Shown in pieces: positions 1 to 13,691 of a DNA stretch of 64,000 nt. The translations under genes were made by a program, and so were the position numbers. Position 1 is the stretch's first letter. The number at the start of each line of letters is the position of its first letter. This stretch comes from the human T2T-CHM13v2.0 reference genome, Homo sapiens: the NCBI RefSeq assembly GCF_009914755.1, contig NC_060934.1; one strand, 5' to 3'. The notes beneath the pieces were generated by a model. It was given only the letters and a program-made list of their open reading frames with translations, was not told where the DNA came from and made no database searches.

Positions 1-324
1 TTATATTCAATCTTATCTTCTATTTTATCCTCCCCTCTCCCCGCTGATCTATTTTCCTCTTTGTAAACTGAATAGCACACAATGCAAAAGGGCAGAGTGA
101 CATGAAAGGCACAAGCCCTCATGTGACACATAAATAACTGATCAGAGTGACATTTCAAGAACAGCATAATCCTTTATAAACATGGTTTCAAAGGTCAAAG
201 CTAAAACACGTTGTGTACTGGCCATGTTACATTGGGCCTTTATATCTCATTGAACATGATTTACATGCAATCTTCCCCAAATATTCGATAACTGGAATGT
301 CTGATTTTATCAAACTCATAAAAT

Positions 325-546
325 ACAATGTGGTGTCTATGATGCTGTGGACCACAGAGGGCTGGTTGAGAGTCCTGATTTCACCAGTTACCAGCTGTGT
401 GATCTAGCGTGAGTGACCTCACTCTGCTCTCTGCAAAATGAAGGGAATCCTCATAACCATTCACAGAGTAGACACCGCTGATAAGTAAGATAGGGTGGGC
501 AACCACTTAGTTCTGTGCTTAGCTGAGTCGATGTCAATTTATGTTA
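325..546 (+). mobile_element. MIR SINE relic
   Basis: ccagctgtgtgatctagcgtgagtgacctcactctg...ctgcaaaatgaagg resembles the MIR core; highly diverged. Confidence 0.55.
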
Positions 547-1594
547 AATGAGCAATTAGCAAATGCCTACTGTATCCAAGACTTGTGTCATGCACAAAAC
601 TCTCTGGAGTATCAAAGTCTGTCTTAAAAATACATAAGGCTTTTGTTGCCACTGTTGACCTGAGCAGCTAGTGAAAGAAACCAGACAAAAGCCTTTTAAT
701 ATTTATAACAAATTCAAGCCAATTTTGTGGACAAAGTTCTTTGTGAGCAATTTCTCCAACATCTGTGAACGTTTTTAGTTCATTGAATATTCCATGGATG
801 CCTTTCCAAATGACTAATTTTGGTGTCAGAATTTCTGTTTATTGCTGGTGGGGTGAAGCTCCACACCCAACTCCCATCCAAAGGTGCCTCCATCTCTATC
901 TTCTCTTTGTGCTTCCTGTTGGCTTCTTAGTGATGCTTGCATTAAGATAATGGTTTTTTTTTTCTTTTTTTGCAAAATTTAACTTGTAATAGATGATGGA
1001 GTGAGAGATGGGTCACATAACAAAATTAGGCTCATTTTTGGTGCATTCAAGTGCTAGCCTCTACCCCAAATGGTAAATTACAAAAAATGAACAGGATACC
1101 CTGAAGAGTTGATGGATTTCCTTCCTCAAATTGCTAAACAGTAGATGGAGTAAGGGTGATTTTCCTAGTGTTAAAAACTATTCCCTGGGGGTAATTTTAA
1201 GCACCTTGGGAAGATGCATTAACTACTTTTGGTTACCAGACAGCCATTGCTAAGTAGAAACTTAAGTATTCACATGAACATAAAGAGGCACCCTAGTAAG
1301 AATAATTAGCAAATATCTTTGTGGGATGAAGACCTGGGTAGTTTTATTGGAAGAAATGTTCTGACTACAGTTTATAATGCTCTTGAACATGAACTTTTCC
1401 AAAAGTAAAGCTTGTAGGTAAGAAATGGCTTGGTGTTTGTGCTGATCTTTAAATTCCCCTTATAGAAAATAAGGCTTTATGAATTTCAAAGATGTTTTGT
1501 GAGCATGAACACATTGATTGTTCACAACAACACTGCCAAGCTGGGCTTGGTGAGGAGCTTAGGATGTTGACTTATTAGCAGAAGACTTTATTTA

Positions 1595-1734
1595 AAGAAT
1601 GGTGAATTTAGAATCAAGGAAACCTGACCAATGACTGGACTTGGCTACTTCCTACTCGTGTGGCTTTAAGCAACTTATTTTCCCTCTTTGGGCTTCAGTT
1701 CTACTGCTTGTGAAACAGTGGGAGTGGATTAGAT
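1595..1734 (+). mobile_element. MIR (MIRc/MIR3-like) relic
   Basis: tgtggctttaagcaacttattttccctctttgggcttcagttctactgcttgtgaaacagtgggagtggattagat matches MIR core and the MIR3-type 3' end. Confidence 0.6.
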
Positions 1735-1905
1735 CAGGGATGGCACATTCTTGGCAAGTGTACTACCTCCTTCTCAACCAGCATCCTTAATGTACATTGT
1801 TAATTGGCCAGGGCATGTTTTCACACTGAGCACCAGAGGCTTTAGAACAACTTCACTTCTGTCCACAGGCCAACCACAATGTTGACCTACGAGTGCAAGG
1901 CATGT
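1735..1905 (-). mobile_element. MER117-like hAT-Charlie MITE, diverged
   Basis: Starts with CAGGGATGGCA terminal repeat; interior resembles the copy at 49011-49200. Confidence 0.5.
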
Positions 1906-2047
1906 GTAATGGGATCAAGCAAGGTTCTCTGAGATGCTGAAATGAGATACAGAATACAATGATCATATTCAGGTAATTTATGGGTTGAATTTTTCCATGT
2001 TTATGACTGAAATCTAACATGTATTATTTCACCAGGGGCAAAACGAG

Positions 2048-2236
2048 GTAGTGGTAAAGAGGGTGGATCCTGTGTTCACATCCCAGCTTCGTATCTTATT
2101 AGCTGGGTCATTTAACTTCTCCACTCCTCTGTTTCTACCTCGTAGAATGGTTGTGAAGTTTAGCTAAGGTAAGGTATCTAAAACACTTAACAGAGCGACT
2201 GAGATATCTCAAAGATCTTAGTAATTGCTAGCTATG
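2048..2236 (+). mobile_element. MIR SINE
   Basis: gtggtaaagag...tcccagcttc...cttattagctgggtcatttaacttctc...ctgtttctacctcgtagaatgg...aaaacacttaacagag. Confidence 0.7.
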
Positions 2237-3700
2237 AATATTCAACTCTTGTTTTCTGGTGAGCCAATTAAGAGTTAATGAAGAAAACATTAGCTCAGAT
2301 AATTGCAAATCCTTCCAAAGTGCTCCAGCATTGCTAATAACCTTGCATGCCAGAAATTCCATTTTAAGAATAGCTCTTACAAAACTCTGAGATTTTATTA
2401 GTGGCTATTAATTGACAAAATCCTAAGAAATGCTTTTTGTTTTATTTTTGGAAAGCAAACTTTTGGTGTAGCTTGTGGTAATTTGTAAAACTCCCTCCTC
2501 CACATTCTGCATCTTTTTTACATTCTAGGGTAGCATCTGCAAATTTTCACCCTGAATCATAAAACAGTCAAAATTTAAAAACAGGAAAAGGATGACTTGC
2601 ACTTTAGGAGCCTGGATGGCCTTCTGCCTGTAGAATCCTTCATTGTGCTGATGTAGTTTTTTCTAGCCCTTTTCTCAGTTTGACATGGGGTCCAAGATAG
2701 TGAGACAAAAAGCAGAATCTCTCCTACTTGTGGCTCTAAAAGTTCTTCCCCTAATTTCTTGCCTGGTAAAAAGAGTGTGTATAAATACACAAATTACTGT
2801 TCAAAAGCTATTTGTGAGCTGTTTTCATGGACCTCATTGAGGGGACATTCTGAGAACACTTCTCACTGAGTTTGAGCATTTCCATCACATAGGGCAGACT
2901 TCATTGTAGAAAAACCATGACCCAGACACAAAGCCAGTTGATGAGACTTGGACTTCCTCCCTTCTGCTCCCCACTGCCAACCCTGCTCACAGCCGGCCAG
3001 ACCCCAGCAGCTCTGCACATTCTCCAATGCTCAGCACCTGCCGATCAGGCATCATTTGAAATAACAGAGATGCCTTCTGTTACATAGGAAAAGCTGACAT
3101 CTTTCAGGGCAAAGGATTTACACTGGAGGCTCCCTTCTTAGGTGAAGAAATGCAGAGGAACTTAGGGAAAGCTGTGTTGCTGAGTTCTGGAGCCCACTAG
3201 GGAAGAGTCTTCTACAGTAAAGCTTTGACTCTAGGCTGCTGGTGCTGCAGTGGGGGAGCCCAGAGGAGCTCCCAGTTTTGACAGATTTATTCCCAAAGAT
3301 GTGCTTGCCCACTGACTGAGCCTTTGTTGTCTTACTCCTGCTCAAGCTCCTTTCCCTTGAGTTCCAGCCTTCCTTTATGAAGCAACACTAAGGTTACCCC
3401 GAATATAACATCCTACAGATCGGATAATGAGAATGGCCACAGAGCAGCAGGGATTTGGGCTTTTATTTCCCCCCCAAGCAAGAGCCACAGTGCACTTGCT
3501 GGAGAGTAGAATAGTTCCACAGAGATGTGTTTGCCTGCTGTTCACAGTAAAGTTCCTGATGTCTTTGCCCCAGAACTTGTGTAATTTTTATTTATTTATC
3601 ACATAGTTTCTTTATTTATAGCTCTAAGTAGATTTATTTCATCTTGGATATAGTTCACTGTAGTGAACACCTCTTACGGCACATGCTTGATTTGGGGGTC

Positions 3701-4115
3701 TGATATGGTTTGGATCCGTCTCCCCACCCAAATCTCATGTTCAATTGTAATCCCCAGTGTTGGAGGTGGGGCCTGGTGATTGGATCATGGGGGTAGATCC
3801 TTCATGAATGGTTTAGCACCATCCCTTTGGTGGTGGTCTCATGATAGAGTTCTCACGAGATCTGGTCGTTTAAAAGTGTGTAGCACCACCATCCACCGAC
3901 TCCCGTTCCTCTTGCTGTGGGCCATGTGAAGTGCTGCTCCCCCTTTGCCTTCAGCCATGACTGTAAGTCTCCTGAGGCCTCCCCAGAGGCCGAGCAGATA
4001 CCAACATCATGCTTCCTGTACAGCCTGCGGAACCATGGCTGATGAAACCTCTTTTCTTTATAAACTACCCAGTCTTAGGTGTTTCTTTATAGCAATGTGA
4101 GAACGGACTAATACA
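3701..4115 (+). mobile_element. MSTA-type MaLR solo LTR, full length
   Basis: TGATATGGTTTGG...GGACTAATACA termini; perfect 5-bp TSD GGGTC at 3696-3700 and 4116-4120. Confidence 0.93.
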
Positions 4116-4220
4116 GGGTCTTTTTTGTTTTGTTTTGGTTTAAAAATGCACATTGAGATTTCCACCTACATCCTCCCATCTATCTTTCTGCCAATCCAAA
4201 TTCTTTATTTTCTGACCCTG

Positions 4221-4332
4221 CATCTATTCAATACATATTTATTGAGTACCTACTATGTCCTAGACACCACTTAAGTGCCAAGTATCCAGCAGAAAACAAA
4301 ATAGAGAAATCAAAGGCAAAAGCTTTTCCCTC
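4221..4332 (-). mobile_element. L2 3' end relic
   Basis: attcaatacatatttattgagtacctactatgtcctagacac is the typical L2 tail in antisense. Confidence 0.7.
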
Positions 4333-5019
<687 letters not shown>

Positions 5020-5035
5020 GCTTACATTCTTTAAA

Positions 5036-6600
5036 CGTTTTTATTAGTTGTAGTATAACACATGCACAGTAAGTAACAAATCTTAGGCATACAGCTTATG
5101 AGTTTTTAGACCCATGTCAACATAATCCTGGAAAGATATAGAATGATTCCAGCAGGCATATCGTTTGCTTGTGTCCTCCCATCCAGTCAATTCTTGCCAC
5201 TCCAAGAAATAAGCACTATTCTGACTTCTATCATCAAAGATTAATTTTTCCTGTTCTTGCAATTTTTATAAATGGAATCATAGCATGTATGTCTGCAGTG
5301 GTGCCTTTGTATTAAGTCAGGTGAACACATGTATTTACATGGATCTGGGACTGCGCTTTCTATTCTGTTGTATCCTGGCACCAATCTGACACTGTCTTAA
5401 TCACTAAAGCTTTATAGGAATTTCCATATTTGATAATGAAAATCCTCTAACTCCAACTTTGTTCTTCTTCAACACTGATTTTCCATATCCTTTGCATTTC
5501 AACACAAACATTTTAGAATAAGCTCCTCAATTACACACACACACACATGCATGCACACATGCATACCCTCTCTGATGGGCCTTTTTTCGGAATTGCATTA
5601 CATCTAAAGACCAATACAGACAGAATTGACACCATCCAATTCATATTGAGAATTTAAATCAATGTGAAATATTTTCTCATTTATGTCTTTTAAAATTTCT
5701 AACAACACTGTTTTTCAGTTTTCATTCTAGAGCTTTCACCTCTACAACTGGATTTATTCCTACCTATTTGATGTTTTTAAATACTGTTGTAAATGATACT
5801 TCAAAATTTTATTTTCCAATTACTTGAAGCCAATGTATAGACACGATTGATTTTTGCTACTGACCTTGAGTCTTGCAGCCTTGATAAATCTATTTAACAA
5901 TAATAGCTTGTATAACTTTTGGAATTTTTGATGTGCACAGTCATATCGTACATGAATGTAGCAATATGTCTTCTAACTAATCTTTATACTTCTATTTTTC
6001 TTGTTTTACAGTGTTGCTAAAAACCTGTACAGTGTCAAAAGATGTGGTCATGTGCATACCCTTTTCTTTGTTTCTAACCTCAGGGGGAGATTCTTCTATA
6101 TTCTACCAATAAGTGTCTTTTATTGGCTACAGATTTTTTATAGCTATTCTTTAATAGATGAAATACTTTTCTTTCTATTCTTATTTGCTGAAAGCTTTTT
6201 TCCTTAATCAGGAACAGGTGGTGAATTTTATCAAAGGCTTTTTCTGCCTCTGTTAGGACAGTAGTGTTTGGCTCCTTTATTCTGTTAAGGTGGTGATTTA
6301 TGTTGATTCATTTTCAAATACTAATGTACCCTTACATGTCTGTGATGAACTCACTATATCATGATGTATTATACTTTTAAATATTGCTGTAGTCAATCTG
6401 CTTATGTTTTGTTTAGAATGTTTATGCCTGTGTTTATGAGAGATAATTTCCTATAATTTCCTATAATTTTCCTTGCTTGTAATGTCTTTGTCAAATTCTG
6501 TTATCAGGGTTTCTCTGACCACAAAAACTAGTTGGAAAGAATTCTTTTTTTTTTTTTTTAGAGGTCGTATTCAATTCTTATTATTTCTTCCTTAAATATT
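5036..6600 (-). mobile_element. Old L1M (L1ME-like) 3' UTR and ORF2 fragments
   Basis: Antisense L1 3' end motifs (aaatggaatcata, gactt ctatcatc) followed by degenerate ORF2 sequence; internally deleted. Confidence 0.75.
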
Positions 6601-7005
6601 TTGATTCATGTTCTTTATTACCAGAAAACCCTTGTGCATTTCCATGTTGTAAGAGATACCTCTGTTTATCCTGTCTCCAACTCATCACTCAGAAATTGTG
6701 TTATTATTGCTGATGAGATGCTTCAATACAGCTGCTTTAGGATATGTGTGACATCTTCTTTGAGTTTGGAACTGATAATTAGTTTTTGATGATAATCATC
6801 GTTCACATTTATTTAAAGCCTGTTACTAGGCGTTTTCTGACTTCTTTTCCTTCTACAAATACAAGAGCAGATTTGAGACAATTGATAACTCAATTTTACT
6901 TTCTTGAAATTTAAACGTTGAGAAAGTGTTATTTAATTCAGGCTTGGAAGTTGCAAGCCCCACAATGGTCTAGATCCATCCCAATTAACGAATTCATAAA
7001 TTAAT

Positions 7006-7159
7006 GGAAGGAAGAGAGAAATGAAGGGAAGGTGAGAGGAGGAAGGGGAGGGGAAAGGAAAAGTAGGAGGGGTGGAAAGAAAAAGAGTAAAGTGAGTGAG
7101 AGGGAAGAAAAGGAAGAGCCTAAGGGTGAGGGAGGGTGGGAAGAAGGAAATAAGGTGGG
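7006..7159 (+). repeat. GA-rich low-complexity purine tract
   Basis: ~150 nt almost entirely G/A. Confidence 0.85.
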
Positions 7160-7269
7160 CTTAGTATGGCAGTACGTTCTTTGGGCGTTACAAGAAAATT
7201 AAGCTAGATATTGTTTCTAAGGAATCTTTAGCTGAGAAGAGATAAATGATGAGAACATAAAATCCTGCA

Positions 7270-7410
7270 TATTTTCAGAGCTAGCAGGGAGTTAGGAGCT
7301 GCCTGGTCTACCACTCATTTGCAATTGAGGAGACAGAGGTTCAGGTAAGAGAATGCACCCGCCTCACGTCATGCTCTTCTTGGTCATTGGCAGAGCAGGG
7401 TCTAATACCA
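7270..7410 (-). mobile_element. MIR (MIR3/MIRc-like) relic
   Basis: ctggtctaccactcatttgcaattgaggagacagaggttcagg...ggcagagcagggtcta. Confidence 0.6.
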
Positions 7411-8524
7411 CCATTTTGTAATTCTTATCAGGAAATAACAGGAGGGCATTTCAAGAGCAAACCAGCCAATGTGAGGAATTCAGAGAAACCCTCCAAAGGT
7501 CAGACCCTCCTGCCCTTTGGACTGTCCTTCCCTTTGTAGAGTGAAACAGGATATCAGAGGGTTTGGGGAAGGAAGTGCTAGCCTCTCTCAGTGGGACATA
7601 GGCAAGACTAGCGCCATGTGACTGGATCTGACCCTCTGTGTTGACATGTGTGTGGTCTGCCTTCCTGTGGCCTCTGCTGCAAGACAGGCCGGAATATTTG
7701 TATGTCCATTCTATCTCGGGGCATGTAGGAGGCAGGAGGCCTGGTTACCAGACCAGATGACAGGAAGCAGAGTCCTAAGACCAAAGGGAAATGTGAGCCC
7801 AATCCTTCAGGTTGGTCACCCACACTGATTGACAAGTCCTGCTTCTGACTCTAAAATGGGAAATAGCTCATGCCCCTGCAAAGGTTACATATTGGTAGGC
7901 ATCATCATGAATGATGAAAAGATAAGCAGCAAGCATTTTATTTTGTTTTTACTGTACACTAATAATGATGGTGTGAAATCAAAACCTAGGAGACTCGGAG
8001 ACATTTATTAGTCTACGTTGCAGGAAAATGCCAATGTTATGAGCATTAAAAAAAGATCTGTATGCCAATATATTAGGATTAAGTTCTAGAGGGAAGTAGA
8101 ATCGAAATATGAGTTTAAGAAGGTAAATCAATGATAACATTTCTATTAAAAAAAAGAGATTGTTCATGCATTTTTAAAATAGACGGTGATGGAGCCTAAA
8201 TCACTATGGTATTAAATCATCAAATTGATTTTTAAAAGGGATCTCGTGGTTTTACTAGAAAATTTCAATATTTGCAACATGCTGGAAAAGGCATTGTTAC
8301 TACTTAAACACATAATGACAAATTTTAGAGGTCAAGTTAAATTTATGAAGTCTTTTTGCCTACAGGCCCTCTAGCAGAATTTTGAAAGAGTTTTGAACAC
8401 TAGCCTAGACAAAATTGGGACTCCGAAGGGAAGTAATAAGTGAGGAAATGATGCTGGTGTTCCCCCGGTTGTTCACCACATCTCTCTAAGAGGCTCATGA
8501 TCCATTACTGAAGAAGATCTCTCA

Positions 8525-8945
8525 TTGCTTGATCTGTGTCCAAACCAAATCTCATGTCGAATTGTAATCCCTAATGGTGGTGGTGGGGCCTGGTGGGAAG
8601 TGATTGGATCATGGGGGTGAATTTCTCAAGAGTGGTTTAGCACCGTTCCCTTGGTACTGTGATTCCTTTGTGATTGCAAGTGAGTTCTCCTGAGATCTGG
8701 TCCTTTAAAAGTGTGTGCCACCTCCCCATTCTCTCTCTCTTTTGGTACTGCTCTTGCCACGTGAGATGCCTCGTTTCCCATTTGCCTTCCCCCATGATTG
8801 GAAACTTCCTGAGGCCTCCCCAGAAGCAGATGCTGCCATGCTTCCTGTACAGCCTGCAGAACTGTGTGCCAATTAAACAATTTTTTCTTTATAAATTACC
8901 CAGTCTCAGATATTTCTTTATAGCAATGCAATAATGCACAAATGC
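8525..8945 (+). mobile_element. MSTA-type MaLR solo LTR
   Basis: ccaaatctcatgtcgaattgtaatccc...cttcctgaggcctcccagaagcagatgc...ataaattacccagtctcag; homologous to 3701-4115; termini degraded. Confidence 0.9.
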
Positions 8946-11670
8946 TCCGCACTGCTCCTGCCCAGTGGAGTTTTTGGTTCTGTGTCTGGATTCAATGTAT
9001 TCACCTAACTCAAGTTGAATATAGTGTGTGTTCCAAAAAAGATCTTTAAAGATTTTCTGGTCCAATGTACTTCACAGTTCTGAGAGAAGAGAATGCTTAT
9101 GTAGAAATGTCAAGATGTAATATTGTTGTTCAGTTAAAATGTATAAGAGAGAAAGAAAATCTTGTATGCATTTGAGGTTGTGAGTGTTTGTGCATAAAAA
9201 TATTTGAAAAGCCACCATATCACCTCTAGTTTTCTCTGATTGATTTTTATTTACTTTTTTCTTATTAAATTTTTCTTATTAACCTACTGTAAAGTTAACT
9301 TAACTTGGTGTATATTTTATGAATGTTAACCCATGTATACATGCATCTAACTACCACCACAGTCAAGATACAGAACAATTCTATCATCCCTGCAATTCCC
9401 TCCTGCTGCCCATTTGTGGACATACCCCTCCTCCAATCCTGACCCCTTGTAACCACTTCGCGTTCTCTGTCTTTATAGTTTTGCTTTCTCCAAAATATCG
9501 TATAAGTAGAGTTATAAAGCATGTCACCTTTTGAGACTGGCTTTGTTCACTCAGCAGAGTGCCTTGAATATTCATCCTTGTCATTGTATTTATATTGTTT
9601 GTTTTCATTGCTGCATAATATTAATTGTATGGATGTACCAGAGTTTGTTTATCTGTTCACCCACTGAAGGACATTTTGGTTCTTTCCAGGTTTGGGCAAT
9701 TGTGAATATCACTGCTGTAAACATTCATGCACAGGTTTTTATGTGAACATAAGTTTTCATTTCTCTGTGGAAGACAAATAGGAACAGGATTCCTAGTTCA
9801 TATGGTAAGTGTATACTTTACTTAATAAGCCACTGCCAAATGGCATTTAAGAGTGGCTGTGCAATTTTTGGTAGAGCAATGTATGAGAGTTCCAGTTGTT
9901 CAATATCATCTCCAGCACTTGGTATTGTCCATATTTTGCTTTTGTTTTTTAGTTTTAAAAAAATTAACCTCTTCAAAGGTGATTTTAATGAGGTTTTAAT
10001 TTGCATTTTCCTAATGGGTAATGATGTTGAACATCTCTTCATTGCTGATTTACCATCAGTATGTCTCCTTCGGTGAAGTGTCTATTAGTCAAATCCTCTA
10101 CTCCTTTTAAAATCTGGGTTGTATGTTTTCTTATTGTTGAGTTATAAGAGTACTTTATACATTGTGCATGTAAATCTTTTTGCCTAAGACGTGATTTGAA
10201 AATATTTTCTTACTGTGTGTGGCTTGTCTCTTTATTTTTCCTAGCAGTGTCTTTCAAAGAGCAGAAATTTTCAATTCTGATGAAGTCTGACATCAATTTT
10301 ATCTTTTATAGATTGTGTTTTTGGTGCTGTATGTAACAAACTTTCTGCCTAACTCAAAGTCATGAACATTTTCTTCTGTTTTCTTCTAAAGGTTTTCTAA
10401 TTTTAAATTAAGACCTATGATCCATATTGATTTTCTTTTTGTGTAAGGTGTAAATTATAATTCAAGATTCACTTTTGGCATATAGATGTTCAGTTGTTCT
10501 GACACTGTATGTTAAAAGGCCATCCTTTCTTCACTGAATTGTCTTTGCTTCTTTGTCAAAATCACTTCACCACATCTGTGTGGGTTTATTTTCTGGACTG
10601 TCTATTCCATCCCATTTGATGTATGTGTCTATTCTTTTACTGAGGATCACACTGTCTTGATTGCTGTGGCTTTATAGTAAGTATTTAAATCAGATAGTGT
10701 TAGTCCTCCAAATTTTATTCTTCCTCAAGATTGTTTGTATCCATTTTAATTCCTTTTCCTTTACATATAAATAATGAGTCAGCTTGTCTGTATCTACACA
10801 AAATTCTGTTTGGATTCTAACTGGAATTGTACACATTTATACATATGTTTAGGAAGTATTGACTTCTTAATTATTTTAGATATTCCAATTCATAAATTTG
10901 ATATGTACGTGTATTTACTCAGGTCTTTGATTTCTTTTGTTACAATTTTATAGTTTTCAGAACATAGACTTTGCATAAATTTTGTTAGATTTATGCTTAA
11001 GTATTTCATTTTTGGAACTATTGAAATTTCATAAAATTTGTGTTAAATTATTTTATTGAAATCTTAAATCAAGTTTCCAATTGTTGGTTGCTAATAAACA
11101 GAAATATACTCGCTTTTAAAAAATTGATCTTTCTTGGCTTCATTGCTGGGCTCATTTATTAGTTTCAGGAGCTTTTAGGTAGTTTTCTTGGGATTTCTGT
11201 ACACAGAAGATAACATAATTTGTACATAGGAACAAGTTAATTTATTCTTTCTGAATCTGTATGTCTTTCCTTTTTCTTAACTTATAACAATGGCTAGGAC
11301 TTCCAATATGCTGTTGAATAGGTGTGGTGAGAGTGGGCATCCTTGCCTTGCTACCAGTCATAGGAGGAAAAACATTCAGTCTTTCACCATTAGGTATGAT
11401 GTCAGCTGGAAGTTTTCACAGATGCTTTTTATGAGAGCAAGGAAGTTTTCTTCTAAATTTGCTGAGAGTTTTTATGATGAGCGAATGTTGAATTTTTTTT
11501 TAATATGTTTTATTTGTCTAGTGGTCACCCAGGAATGATCATGTGGTTTTGCTTTGTTAGTCTGTTAATATGGTGAATTACATAATTTGATTTGCAAATT
11601 TTAAGTGAGACTTGCATTTTTGAGATAAACCCAGTATTTGTAGTCATAATACATTTTTTAATATACAGCA

Positions 11671-11820
11671 GTGCTTGAGGTGATAGATACCCCGCTTACC
11701 CCGATGTGATTATTATGCATTGAATCCCTGTATCAAAATATCTCATAAACCTATAAATATACACACTTACTATGTAGCATTACAAACATTAAAATAAAAA
11801 ATTAAAAAATAATAAATAAA
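11671..11820 (+). mobile_element. L1MA-type 3' end fragment with A tail, nested in the older L1
   Basis: gcttgaggtgatagatacccc...ccgatgtgattattatgcattg...tatcaaaatatctcat...A-rich tail. Confidence 0.8.
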
Positions 11821-12694
11821 TTGTTCATGTTTTGTTGGAGACTCTCGCATATGTGTTCATGAGTTATATTGGTCTCTAACTTTCTTTTTTGTACTATATT
11901 TGTGTAGCTTTGGTATCAGGGTAGTGTGGCCTCATAAAATGAGTTAGGAAGTAATCCTTACTCTTTTATTTCTTGTTAAGATATTGTGTAGAAAAATATT
12001 CATGCTTCCTTGCATGTCTGGTATAATTTACCACTGGTACCATATGAGTCTGGAGTTTTGTTTTTTAATTGTTTTAACTATGAATTCAATTTATCAAATA
12101 ACTATAAACTATTCGGATTATCTTTTTTGTTCCTTGAGTGAATTTTCGTAGTTTCTGGCTTTAAGAAATGGTCCATTTCATGTAAGTTTTCAAATGTATG
12201 TGCACAGAGTTGTTTTAATATTTTCTTGTTTTCTTCTAATGTCTGTGATGTCTGTACTGATAACACACTTTCATACCCAACACTGATAATTTGTGTCTTC
12301 ACTGTTTTATTTGTCAATGTGCCCAGAGGTTTATTAACTTTTATTGATTTTTTTAAAAAGCAGCTTTTGATTTTATTTTACTTTTCTGTTTTCTAGTTCA
12401 TTGATTTCTACTCTTATCTGTATTATTTTTCCTTCTATTTGCTTTCCTATTTTATTCTTCTTTCTTAAGGTAGAAGCTTTTAGTAACTTAAGATCTTTCT
12501 TCTTTTCCATTATGAACATTGAATACTGCAGACTATTTTACAAACACTGTTTTACTTACCACAAATTTTGATACACTGTATTTTTATTTTCATTCAGTTC
12601 AGATTATATTACATTTCACTTGATACTTTCTCTTTGAACAATAGATGTTAAGTAGTGTGTTGTTTAATTTGGATATTTTGGATTTTACAGAAAC

Positions 12695-12995
12695 TTTTTT
12701 TTTTTTTTTTTTTTGAGATGGAGTCTCCCTCTTGTTGCCCAGGCTGGAGTGCAGTGGTGCAACCTTGACTCACTGCAACCTCAGCCTCCCAGGTTCAAGC
12801 AATTCTCTGCCTCAGCCTCCCAAGTAGCTGGAATTACAGGCGCCCGTGACTACACCTGGCTAATTTTTCATATTTTTAGTAGAGACAGGGTTTCACTATC
12901 TTGGCCAGGCTGGTCCTGAACTCCTGGCCTCATGATCCACCTGCCTCTGCCTCCCAAAGTGCTGGGATTACAGGCGTGAGCCACCACGCCCAGCC
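12695..12995 (-). mobile_element. AluS
   Basis: Full dimer with T20 tail; imperfect TSD cag(a)aactttttt. Confidence 0.93.
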
Positions 12996-13245
12996 TCCAG
13001 AACTTTTTTGTTACTGATTTCTAATTTAATTCCATTATGATCAGAAAATGTACTTTGTAAGATTTCAATTGTTTTAAGTATGTTAAGGTTTGTTTTATGA
13101 CCCAGTATGTGATCTATCTTGGTGAACATTTGATGTGCACTTGAAAAGAATATGCATTCTGCTGTTGGTGAACATATTATAGAATAAATATTAATTATGT
13201 CCAGTTGATTGGTAGTGTTAAGTTTTTCTATGTTCTTGCTGATTC

Positions 13246-13424
13246 TTTCTCTCTCTCCCTCTCTCCCCACTTCCCCCTCTCTCCCCCCTTCCCCCTCTCT
13301 CCCCCCTTCCCCCTCTCTCCCCCCTTCCCCCTCTCTCCCCCACTGCCCTTCTCTCCCCCACTCCCCCTCTCTCCCCCCACCCCCTCTTTCTCTTCCTCTC
13401 TCTCTCCCTCTCTCTCTCTCCCTT
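13246..13424. repeat. CT-rich tract containing ~7 copies of an 18-bp minisatellite (CTCTCTCCCCCCTTCCCC)
   Basis: Direct reading; the GREGEG periodicity in the minus-strand ORF confirms the 18-nt unit. Confidence 0.9.
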
Positions 13425-13691
13425 TGTCGCCAGTCTGGAGTGCAGTGGGGGGATCTCGGCTCACTGCAATCTCTGCCTGCCGGGTTCAATCTCCTGCCTC
13501 AGCCCCTGAGTAGCTGGGACTACAGGCGTGCACCACCATGCCTGGCTAATTTTTTGTATTATCATTATTTTTTTTAGTAGAGACGGGTTTCACCATGTTG
13601 GCCAGGATAGTCTCAATCTCCTGACCTTGTGATCCACCCGCCTTGGCCTCCCAAAGTGCTGGGATTACAGGCGTGAGCCACCATGCCTGGC
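13425..13691 (-). mobile_element. AluSc-like
   Basis: tgtcgccag, ggccaggatagtctcaatctc diagnostics; TSD-like tgctgatt..tct at 13237-13250 and 13692-13703. Confidence 0.9.

Noticed and set aside
6443-6473. ATAATTTCCT repeated 2-3 times
   Set aside because: Local slippage inside decayed L1.
13259-13384. CRISPR-like or SVA-like array
   Set aside because: Units are contiguous with no unique spacers; no CCCTCT hexamer/VNTR/SINE-R structure; eukaryotic context.
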